NCBI RefSeq assembly: GCF_000018305.1
Contig: NC_009954.1
Location: 1,500,001 to 1,532,000, forward strand
Length of the DNA stretch: 32,000 nucleotides
Origin: Caldivirga maquilingensis IC-167
Lineage (GTDB): Archaea; Thermoproteota; Thermoprotei; Thermoproteales; Thermocladiaceae
Direction of reading: 5' to 3'
Both the position numbers and the translations under genes were made by a program. The notes below the pieces were generated by a model. That model was not told the DNA's origin. It was given only the letters and a program-made list of their open reading frames with translations, and made no database searches. The first letter of the stretch is position 1, and the number at the start of each line of letters is the position of its first letter. Shown here one piece after another: positions 17,345 to 25,173 of the stretch.

Positions 17345-18361
17345 ATGAAGAGGGTAAGGCTGAGGTTCGCTGGGCGCGAGGTGGAGTTCGTGGATAGAGA
17401 AGCCGCTATTAAGTGGATCGGGGAGCTGGCTGAGAGGGGCACCGGCTTAGTCCGCGTAGTTTATGGGCCCGAGGGTTGTGGTAAGTCTGCGTTGTTTAAG
17501 CAAGCCGTGGAGGTCCTCAGGGACCACGGCTACGAGGTCTCGTACATAAGCCCACTGTCTAGAGCCGATGAGGACAGGCTAATCCTCACCGAGGGGCTTA
17601 GGAAATTGTTCGTGGACCTTGGGTCCGTCTTCGTTGGTGACGCAGCAAGACTAATCGACACAGCCGTGAAATTGCTATACGACGCAGTGAGGAGGAGGCT
17701 TACAGGGAGGATAGCCCTACTCGCCGATGACGTATTCCAAGCAGTAGGGCTGGACAAAGCTGAGCTGTTAGTCAAAGGATTCCTAAACATGATAGAGTAC
17801 CCGCCGGTTGATTATGAGAAGATAGTCGTAATAGTGGCGTCGAGCGAAGGCGTCACAAGGGGGAGAGTGGGTAGGCACAGGTGGGCGTTTTTACACATCA
17901 TGTGGAACATGCCCAGGGAAGGCTTCGAGAAACTCTACGAGGAAATACCTGGGCCAAAGCCCCCGTTTGAAGACGTGTGGAAATGGACCGGTGGGAACCC
18001 CAAGGCGCTGGAAACCCTCTGGGAATTAAACTGGGACGTAGACAGATACGTAGACAACGTGATAAAGTCGAGAGAGCTTATGAAAATGGCGGCGGAGCTA
18101 AGCAGCGCAGAAACCGAAATACTGACACAGTCGCTGGATGACCCGGACGTCCTCTTAAAACGGTACAGGGAGGCCAAGGGACTCGTGCAGAGACTTATAG
18201 AGAACAACTTGATAATAGAGATATGGAAAAGGGACCAGGACTGGGTGGACGTGCCGCCGCCCGAGAGGGATCCCGAGCTGGGCATCGGAAAATACTTCGC
18301 CTGGCAAACACCAATGCACAGGGAAGTGGTAAAGAGGGTACTCGAGGAAACAAAAACATAA
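17345..18361 (+). CDS. Archaeal ATPase family protein (PF01637-like), paralog 4
   Basis: 338 aa. It has YGPEGCGKSALF, IALLADDVFQ and LGIGKYFAWQTPMHREVVKRVL. The 5' end is about 60% GC by hand count. Confidence 0.85.
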   Translation: MKRVRLRFAGREVEFVDREAAIKWIGELAERGTGLVRVVYGPEGCGKSALFKQAVEVLRDHGYEVSYISPLSRADEDRLILTEGLRKLFVDLGSVFVGDAARLIDTAVKLLYDAVRRRLTGRIALLADDVFQAVGLDKAELLVKGFLNMIEYPPVDYEKIVVIVASSEGVTRGRVGRHRWAFLHIMWNMPREGFEKLYEEIPGPKPPFEDVWKWTGGNPKALETLWELNWDVDRYVDNVIKSRELMKMAAELSSAETEILTQSLDDPDVLLKRYREAKGLVQRLIENNLIIEIWKRDQDWVDVPPPERDPELGIGKYFAWQTPMHREVVKRVLEETKT

Positions 18362-18383
18362 ACCCCCACACAACCAAACACAC

Positions 18384-18941
18384 ATGGCAACCATAACAAT
18401 ACCCAAGAAACTATACGAAGCACTAAGGAAACACGGAATAGACGTAGAGACAAAGGCAATTGAGGCACTACTAAAAGAAGCCCAACTAGACCCCAATGAA
18501 GAAGCCGAGATACACCTAGAACTAGCACAAAAACTCCTCAATGAAGGCGAAGCACTGATCGAGAAGGACCCCATACAAGCAGGCGAGAAGCTGTATAAGG
18601 CGGCCGAGGAAAGCGTCAAGGCGCTAGCCATACACTACAACCTAAAGGACATACTCGAAAAAGCGAGAGATAGAGGTAGATGGACAGTTACGGAGCTCGA
18701 AAAAGCAGTCCTCCAGATCTCGAGCAGAGCCGGCGAGTGGTTCAGAAGAGCCTGGGACGCAGCATGGACACTACATGTATGGGGATTCCACGAAGCAAAA
18801 TTCGACAGCGAGGACGTGAGGGAGAGGGAGCCCGACATTAAGAGAATAATTGAGGAGGCGATAAAAGCGATAGGCAGGGACGGGGAGAACAAAGACTTTA
18901 AAGACACCACGGACAATAAACACAGTGAAACTACACATTAA
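18384..18941 (+). CDS. PaREP1-like protein (archaeal PaREP1/PaREP8 family, HEPN-clan-like helical protein)
   Basis: 185 aa. EAEIHLELAQKLLNEGEALIEKDPIQAGEKLYKAAEESVKALA...RGRWTV...WFRRAWDAAWTLHVWGFHEAKFDSEDV resembles my recollection of the PaREP1 consensus. No Rx4-6H motif is visible. Confidence 0.55.
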   Translation: MATITIPKKLYEALRKHGIDVETKAIEALLKEAQLDPNEEAEIHLELAQKLLNEGEALIEKDPIQAGEKLYKAAEESVKALAIHYNLKDILEKARDRGRWTVTELEKAVLQISSRAGEWFRRAWDAAWTLHVWGFHEAKFDSEDVREREPDIKRIIEEAIKAIGRDGENKDFKDTTDNKHSETTH

Positions 18942-19848
18942 GAACTGGAGAAGCATAGAGGAAGTAGAGATAGAACTAAAGCCAGTAACAATAATCATGG
19001 GGCCAAACGACGCAGGGAAATCAAGCCTCGCATACGCACCGTACTTCCTAACAAAAACCATCAAGTGGAGAGACGCAAACAAAGTACTAAAATTACTATA
19101 CGGCACAGAACTAAACAACATCGCAAGGCACGAATACGACAAACCACAATACCCAGTAATAATCGAAGTAGACGGAGCACGCTTCAAGGCTCAAAACCCC
19201 AACGATGTAAAGAAAGCCGACATAGAGATAGCTGGGGAAAGTCCCTGGAACGACGGCTACCTACTACCATCGGGAAGGCTTACCTTCATGAAAATGCTAC
19301 GAATAGTGCCTAGAATCCTCAGACAGATAACAAGAACACGAGACTATTCAGCATTTCCACCACCGATGTACCTATTCCTCGATGATTTAGTGAGGATTCA
19401 CGGGATTGGCCCCCTACTACTGGAGCATGAACTAACCGAGTACACAGACCCATTTGCAAAAGCAAAACTACCACTAAACCTAGCACCAGACGGAACCACA
19501 GACCACTCACTAATAAACCTCTTCATAAACAACGTCCAGGAAGGCAGCCTACTAATCATCGAGGAACCAGAAATACACAAAAACCCAACCCTAGTGATAG
19601 AACTCACAAGACAAATAACACAGGAAGCAATAAACAAAAAACTAACAATAATAATAACAACACACAGCGACATAATACCACAAACAATAGCCAAAACCGT
19701 GGAAGAAGGCAAAACAAAGCCGAACAACGTAGCAATCTACTACCTAGAGAGAAAACCCTGGACACAGGCAAGGGAACTAAAGATCCACGAAGACGGCACA
19801 ATAGAGGAACTACCAGACGTGGAGAAAATAATCACGGAATTATTCTAA
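18925..19848 (+). CDS. Compact ABC/SMC-type ATPase (AAA_15/AAA_21-like, no coiled coil)
   Basis: 307 aa. NWRSIEEVEIELKPVTIIMGPNDAGKSSL gives the N-terminal strand and Walker A. LAPDGTTDHSLINL is signature-like. LLIIEEPEIHKNPTLV gives Walker B and the EEPE.h.hP motif typical of AAA_21. IIITTHSD is the H-loop. It overlaps the upstream gene by 17 nt. Confidence 0.7.
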   Translation: MKLHIKNWRSIEEVEIELKPVTIIMGPNDAGKSSLAYAPYFLTKTIKWRDANKVLKLLYGTELNNIARHEYDKPQYPVIIEVDGARFKAQNPNDVKKADIEIAGESPWNDGYLLPSGRLTFMKMLRIVPRILRQITRTRDYSAFPPPMYLFLDDLVRIHGIGPLLLEHELTEYTDPFAKAKLPLNLAPDGTTDHSLINLFINNVQEGSLLIIEEPEIHKNPTLVIELTRQITQEAINKKLTIIITTHSDIIPQTIAKTVEEGKTKPNNVAIYYLERKPWTQARELKIHEDGTIEELPDVEKIITELF

Positions 19849-19849
19849 C

Positions 19850-20404
19850 ATGACCCTACACGTAATCCTAGACCACTCAGCACTCATACCCTGCGGAGAC
19901 AAGCCAAAGGAGGAGAAAGAGGCGATAAGAGAGATCATGAATAGGATCATGGACATAGACGTAACATGGCACGTAACCGGATACTACCTTAAAGTACTAA
20001 ACACGGTACTCAACAAAAACCTAAAGAACCACCACCCACTCCCCAGGTTACTAGCATCATTAGAAAGAACAAAAAGATACCTCCTGGAACTCTCAAGGAG
20101 CAAACAAATTATATGCAAACCACGCAGGCTTAAAAGCTTAAAAATACACGTAATAGCAAGGAAGGCCTCGGAAAGGGTAGAGATACCCCATAGCGAAAGA
20201 CTAAACGAGATAAACAACGAAGACGTAGAAATAATCGCAATAGGATTGACAATTGCAGAAAGAATAAAAGGCGAAAAACCAGTGTACATAGTCACGACAG
20301 ACACAAAACTTGAAGAAGCCATAGATGAACTAGAGAAACTAGGAATAAAAGAATTAAAGGCAATAACACCAAGCAAATTATTAGAAGAATTACCAAAACA
20401 ATGA
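19850..20404 (+). CDS. PIN-like domain protein (putative nuclease partner of the ABC-type ATPase)
   Basis: 184 aa. It has an N-terminal HVILDHSAL (strand plus Asp), internal acidic positions (EEKEAIRE, NEDVEIIAIGL) and a C-terminal VYIVTTDTKLEEA, matching the spacing of the PIN acidic quartet by eye. It starts 1 nt after the ATPase stop. Confidence 0.5.
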   Translation: MTLHVILDHSALIPCGDKPKEEKEAIREIMNRIMDIDVTWHVTGYYLKVLNTVLNKNLKNHHPLPRLLASLERTKRYLLELSRSKQIICKPRRLKSLKIHVIARKASERVEIPHSERLNEINNEDVEIIAIGLTIAERIKGEKPVYIVTTDTKLEEAIDELEKLGIKELKAITPSKLLEELPKQ

Positions 20405-20416
20405 AAGCATAGAAGC

Positions 20417-21508
20417 ATGAGGATAGTACACGTAGCACCATTTTATAAACCGGTAATAGGCGGCGTGGAGGAGGTAGTGCAAAGAATAGCGGAGTACACA
20501 GCAGCTAGGGGGCATGAGGTACACGTAATCACATACAATAGGCTCAGGACAGGAGGCAAAGGTGCACTACCAAGGGAGGAATGGATCAATGGGGTGCATG
20601 TAATAAGGCTGAAACCAAACTTAACATGGAGTCACGGAACATACAGTAGGGAACTACCTGAAGTACTTAGGAAACTAAAGCCAGACCTAGTCCATGTGCA
20701 CGTGTGGAGGCACCCACATGTAATCCAGGTGGCAAGGCTAAGGAGGGAGATGGGATTCAAAGCGATACTGCATGGTCATGCACCATTCCATAAACTAAAC
20801 CAAGTGGGGCCAATAACCTGGACATATTATAAACTCGTAGACACAACGCTAAGAAGCATCCTAAAGAATTACGACACATACATAGCATTAACGAAACATG
20901 AAGCAGAAACAATAAGGAGAATGGGACTAGAAGAAGACAAAATAATGGTAATACCGAATGGAATAAACCAGGATCAATGCATACTAAGCAATGAAAGAGA
21001 GGACATGGTACTTTACCTGGGTAGAATCAGTAAGGTAAAGAACATTGAATTACTAGTAAAGGCCGCGAAATACATAAAGCATGCACAATTAGTAATTGCA
21101 GGGCCAGATGAAGGACTAATAAATACAATACTACAATATGCAGGAAAACACAACATAGAAGTAAAGTATCTAGGCGCAGTGAGTGAGGAAAAGAAACATG
21201 AATTATACCTAAAAGCCAAGGCCTATGCACTACCATCAATATATGAACCATTTGGAATAACACTACTCGAAGCAGGAATACACGCAACACCAAGCGTGAT
21301 AACGGGGAATGGGGGACAAGTCTACGCAGCACCACCAGGTAAGGCAAGCCTATGGGCAGAACCAAAGCCGGAGAAATACGCTGAAGCCATCATACAACTG
21401 CTAACCGACCAAGAGCTACATAGGAGATTAAGCCAAGGCGCTCTTCAGCACGCTGAACAACACCTATGGAGCAAAATACTACCAAGGTACGAGGAAATAT
21501 ATGGCTAA
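20417..21508 (+). CDS. Glycosyltransferase family 4 (GT-B, Glyco_trans_4 + Glycos_transf_1)
   Basis: 363 aa. The N-terminus is MRIVHVAPFYKPVIGGVEEVV...GHEVHVIT. The C-terminal motif is PSIYEPFGITLLEAGIHATPSVIT (Ex7E). Confidence 0.85.
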   Translation: MRIVHVAPFYKPVIGGVEEVVQRIAEYTAARGHEVHVITYNRLRTGGKGALPREEWINGVHVIRLKPNLTWSHGTYSRELPEVLRKLKPDLVHVHVWRHPHVIQVARLRREMGFKAILHGHAPFHKLNQVGPITWTYYKLVDTTLRSILKNYDTYIALTKHEAETIRRMGLEEDKIMVIPNGINQDQCILSNEREDMVLYLGRISKVKNIELLVKAAKYIKHAQLVIAGPDEGLINTILQYAGKHNIEVKYLGAVSEEKKHELYLKAKAYALPSIYEPFGITLLEAGIHATPSVITGNGGQVYAAPPGKASLWAEPKPEKYAEAIIQLLTDQELHRRLSQGALQHAEQHLWSKILPRYEEIYG

Positions 21509-22493
21509 ACCATTAATCAGTGTAGTAATTACGGCATATAATAGGAGGGAGTACTTAAGGTACGCTGTTAAATCGGTGCTAAACCAAACCTTGGATAGAA
21601 ACTTCTATGAAGTAATAGTCATAAAGAACTTCGAAGACTCATACACAGACAAATTAATTGAAGGAGTGGGTAGAACAATAAACGTAGACATAGCATCAAT
21701 AGGCGCAAAAATAGCCCTGGGAATAAGGGAGTCTGAGGGTGAAGTGGTGGCATTCCTTGAAGATGACGACTTATGGCATAGTAGGAAGCTAGAGCATGTA
21801 GCCGAGGCATTCAGAAATAACAATGACCTAATGTACTACCACCACAATACATACGCAATAGATAAATACGGAAACATAATACATGACTCGCTCATTGAGA
21901 GGACGAACATAAATAATTACGTATATGCCAGCAACGAAGATGAGAAAATGAAAGTATTCAAACAGTATGGTTGGGGCCTTGGTCTCAGGAACAGCTCCAT
22001 AGCCGTAAGAAGGGATGTATACGAAAAATACGCACCTATAATAAGACTCCTCCCAGATGCGGTGGATGTGGCACTATACCTGGTAGCGTTAAGCGTAAAG
22101 GGTTCAATAATTCATGAACCACGGAGATTAATGTTCTTTAGAATACACGAGACAAACACAAGTAGCGTGAGATTCGCACCACAGAGTGAAAGGCTACATA
22201 GGGTAGCCGTGAACTCTGTAAAACATACCATAGCAAGATATGCACTAGCAACCATCGCCAGGCACATAAAGCCCCAACTAACCAGATACGCAGGCTATGA
22301 CGAAGCATCAATAGTAGCGGGCATATTAGCAAATTGGAGGGGATACACGGCAGTAATGAGTTTAAATTTATTAAATCATTGTAAATCACTAACATGCCTA
22401 GCAACGGCAATACTAGGCATTATAAACACAATAAGCCCAGAACTAACGAAGAGAATCATCACACTATACTACACTAAAGGATTCAGACTCTAA
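21501..22493 (+). CDS. Glycosyltransferase family 2 (GT-A)
   Basis: 330 aa. It has ISVVITAYNRREYLRYAVKSVLNQT and the DxD motif AFLEDDDLW. It overlaps the upstream gene by 8 nt. Confidence 0.85.
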   Translation: MAKPLISVVITAYNRREYLRYAVKSVLNQTLDRNFYEVIVIKNFEDSYTDKLIEGVGRTINVDIASIGAKIALGIRESEGEVVAFLEDDDLWHSRKLEHVAEAFRNNNDLMYYHHNTYAIDKYGNIIHDSLIERTNINNYVYASNEDEKMKVFKQYGWGLGLRNSSIAVRRDVYEKYAPIIRLLPDAVDVALYLVALSVKGSIIHEPRRLMFFRIHETNTSSVRFAPQSERLHRVAVNSVKHTIARYALATIARHIKPQLTRYAGYDEASIVAGILANWRGYTAVMSLNLLNHCKSLTCLATAILGIINTISPELTKRIITLYYTKGFRL

Positions 22494-23632
22494 TGATAAT
22501 AGTACACACGCATCATCACTACTGGCCGGTAGCGGGAGGAATAGAAAATGCAATTAAATACCTCGCCGAGGAACAGGCAAAACTTGGTCACGAGGTGCAC
22601 ATAGTAACGGGCACCTATGGAGCCCAGAAAAGACCTAGGGAGGAAGAAATAAACGGTGTGCACGTACATAGAATTAAGGCGTGGAGATTAGGCTACCCAG
22701 ACCTAACAATACCAAGGGAAACACCTAGGGAACTGCTCAAGAGGGCTGACGTGATTCATGCTCACTCACAAAACAGCTTATTCTCAGTGAGAATAGCCCA
22801 GGAGGCACATGAGCTAGGTGTTAAGGTAGCCATACACTACATGGCTGTCGACACCCTCCAAACACACCCAAACCCAGCCATAAGGCTCCTTGGACCAATA
22901 TACGCCAGGAGAAACCTAGAAATGGCAAAGGAAATAGCGGACATACACCTAGCAAGAAGCAAAAGGGACGTAGAAAAACTAAGAAAATACGGAATACAAG
23001 CACACTACCTACCAGACGCAATACCAAAACACTACCTAACAAAACCCAAAGCAGACCCAGAGGAATTCAGGAGGAAATACGGAATAACACAGGACAAACT
23101 ATTCATATACATAGGAAGAATACACAAACTCAAGGGACCACACGTACTAGTCAAGGCGCTACCATACCTAAGCAACGACATAGCAATAATAATGGCAGGA
23201 CCAGACAACGGATACCTAAAACAAACCCTAGAACTAGCCAATAAACTACACGTGAAAGACAGACTATATTACCTAGGCTACGTAGACGAAGATACAAAAA
23301 TAAACGCCATAGACGCATCAACGGCGCTAGTCCTACCATCAACCACAGACTATGTAGAGGTATACCCCATGACAATAACCGAGGCATGGGCAAGAGAAAA
23401 ACCAGTAATAGCCACAAACGTAGGAGGAATACCATACAGGGTAACACACGGCATAAACGGACTAATAATACCACCAAACAACCCACAGGAACTAGCCAAA
23501 GCAATACAACAACTAGCAAACAACCCAGAAAAGACACAACAAATGGGTAAGGAGGGTAAAAAGGAAATCAAGACATGGGACGAAATCGCAAAAGAAACCA
23601 TAAAAATATACAACACCACAAACAACCCATGA
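22493..23632 (+). CDS. Glycosyltransferase family 4
   Basis: 379 aa. It has MIIVHTHHHYWPVAGGIENAIKYL...GHEVHIVT and VEVYPMTITEAWAREKPVIATNVGGIPYRVTHGINGLII. The junction with the upstream gene is a TAATG overlap. Confidence 0.85.
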   Translation: MIIVHTHHHYWPVAGGIENAIKYLAEEQAKLGHEVHIVTGTYGAQKRPREEEINGVHVHRIKAWRLGYPDLTIPRETPRELLKRADVIHAHSQNSLFSVRIAQEAHELGVKVAIHYMAVDTLQTHPNPAIRLLGPIYARRNLEMAKEIADIHLARSKRDVEKLRKYGIQAHYLPDAIPKHYLTKPKADPEEFRRKYGITQDKLFIYIGRIHKLKGPHVLVKALPYLSNDIAIIMAGPDNGYLKQTLELANKLHVKDRLYYLGYVDEDTKINAIDASTALVLPSTTDYVEVYPMTITEAWAREKPVIATNVGGIPYRVTHGINGLIIPPNNPQELAKAIQQLANNPEKTQQMGKEGKKEIKTWDEIAKETIKIYNTTNNP

Positions 23633-24564
23633 AAGCCCTAATAACAGGAGGGGCAGGATTCATAGGAAGCCACCTAGTAGATAAACTACTAGCAAGGGGC
23701 TACCAAGTCAAGGTAATAGACAACCTAAGCACGGGAAGAATAGAAAACATAACCCACGTACTAAACAAAATACAATTCACCAAAACAGACCTAAAAAACA
23801 TAGAAGACACACTAAAAGCACTCAAAGACACAGACGTAATATTCCACTTCGCGGCAAACCCGGAGGTCAGGGTCAGCACAGTCAGCCCTGAGGTGCACTT
23901 CAACGAGAACGTGGTCGCCACGTTCAACCTGCTCGAGGCAATGAGGAGGATGGACGTGAGGGAGATTGTGTTCGCGTCGTCTAGCTCGGTCTACGGGGAG
24001 CCTGAGGAAATACCGGTAAGCGAGGACGCGCCAACAAGGCCCGTCTCGGTCTACGGAGCGAGTAAGGCGGCCTGCGAAAATCTGATACACGCGTACTCAA
24101 GGCTCTACGGGATGAAGGCGGTGATCCTGAGGTACGCGAACGTGGTTGGGCTGAGGCTGAGGCACGGTGTAATATACGACTTAATCATGAAATTAAGGAA
24201 GGACCCAACCAGGCTGGAGGTGCTCGGCGATGGGACCCAGGTCAGGAGCTACATACACGTGGATGACGCCGTGGAGGCAACGTTAATAGCCCACGAGAGG
24301 ACTGGAGGCGGCTACCACGTATTCAACGTGGCGAGCGAGGACTGGATAACCGTGGACGAAGTCGTAAACATAATCACGGAGGAACTCGGGGCAAAGCCAG
24401 AGATAATCCACAAACCAATCCTACATGGCGTTGGCTGGCCAGGGGACGTGAAGAGGATAGCCCTGAGGATAGACAGGCTCAGGGAGCTGGGCTTCAAGCC
24501 GAGAATGAATAGTAAAGAAGCCGTGAGGGTTACCGTAAAGGCACTAATCAGGGAATCAGGATAA
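23629..24564 (+). CDS. NAD-dependent epimerase/dehydratase (extended SDR; UDP-sugar 4-epimerase or decarboxylase-like)
   Basis: It has MKALITGGAGFIGSHLV, FASSSSVYG and YGASKAACE (YxxxK). I prefer ATG 23629, which forms an ATGA overlap with the upstream stop, over the ORF-track start 23575, whose 18-aa extension overlaps the GT4 gene. Confidence 0.85.
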   Translation: MKALITGGAGFIGSHLVDKLLARGYQVKVIDNLSTGRIENITHVLNKIQFTKTDLKNIEDTLKALKDTDVIFHFAANPEVRVSTVSPEVHFNENVVATFNLLEAMRRMDVREIVFASSSSVYGEPEEIPVSEDAPTRPVSVYGASKAACENLIHAYSRLYGMKAVILRYANVVGLRLRHGVIYDLIMKLRKDPTRLEVLGDGTQVRSYIHVDDAVEATLIAHERTGGGYHVFNVASEDWITVDEVVNIITEELGAKPEIIHKPILHGVGWPGDVKRIALRIDRLRELGFKPRMNSKEAVRVTVKALIRESG

Positions 24565-24591
24565 TCATGGAATTAGCCATAAGTTAGGAGG

Positions 24592-25173
24592 ATGATGAAG
24601 ATTTTCTATAAGTTAGGAGTACAAACTGCTGGTAGGCTTGGACTCTACGTTGAGAGAACAAGAACTTACTTAAAAATTATTTTGAGGTTGATACGCGTTT
24701 TAAGGACATTAAGAAGTAAGTGTATAGCCTTAGACTTAGGCTGCGGTGATGGCTACTTTGCTTATAAAGTATCACGTCTTTGCATGTATGTTTTAGGTAT
24801 CGATATAAAATTTCACAATTCCTGGAAATCTAAACATAATGTAAATACGGAATATATTGTGGCTGATGCACGCTATTTACCGCTACGGTCTAATAGTATT
24901 GACCTTATTTACGCACTTTCACTCTTGGAGCTAGTGGAACCCCATACTAAGTTACCATTACTAGGTCTAGTACCGAAGACCCTGAGGAGAGTAATTTTGC
25001 ATCATTCTAACTATTCTGATTTACAATTTAATATACACTTAAAGAACTTAATCAGAGAGTTAAGAAAACAGTACTTTAATGTAATCGGTATAGTTCCTCA
25101 TTACCATTCTAAACATTTAAGAGTTATTCCCATAGCACCATCATATTTTATAATAGCATTAAAGGAATTATGA
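24592..25173 (+). CDS. Class I SAM-dependent methyltransferase (Methyltransf_11-like)
   Basis: 193 aa. Motif I is ALDLGCGDGYFAYKV and the post-I region is VADARYLPLRSNSIDLIYALSLLELV. Its composition differs from both neighbours (about 32% T and 34% GC in a hand-counted 120 nt). Confidence 0.6.
   Translation: MMKIFYKLGVQTAGRLGLYVERTRTYLKIILRLIRVLRTLRSKCIALDLGCGDGYFAYKVSRLCMYVLGIDIKFHNSWKSKHNVNTEYIVADARYLPLRSNSIDLIYALSLLELVEPHTKLPLLGLVPKTLRRVILHHSNYSDLQFNIHLKNLIRELRKQYFNVIGIVPHYHSKHLRVIPIAPSYFIIALKEL

Noticed and set aside
17935-18631. Long antisense ORFs (17935..18528 and 18155..18631 minus; likewise 572..916, 5590..5970, 12383..12841, 18771..19187, 19398..19727, 19984..20418, 21027..21365, 23151..23537, 26460..26858)
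   Set aside because: Each lies entirely inside, and opposite to, a gene with clear domain motifs. Their translations are low-complexity (S/L/C/V-rich). They are expected by-products of the strong strand skew and codon bias.
13202-20404. Whether the ATPase/TA/PIN island is an integrated mobile element or provirus
   Set aside because: No integrase, transposase, tRNA target or flanking direct or inverted repeats were found in the window. Elevated GC (54-60% in samples) suggests foreign or mosaic origin, but mobility cannot be supported.
23575-23628. N-terminal 18-aa extension (MGRNRKRNHKNIQHHKQP) of the epimerase ORF
   Set aside because: It overlaps the 3' end of the upstream GT4 gene in another frame and precedes the canonical MKALITGGAGFIGS Rossmann start. 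ATG 23629 forms a typical ATGA stop-start overlap, so the extension is unlikely to be translated.
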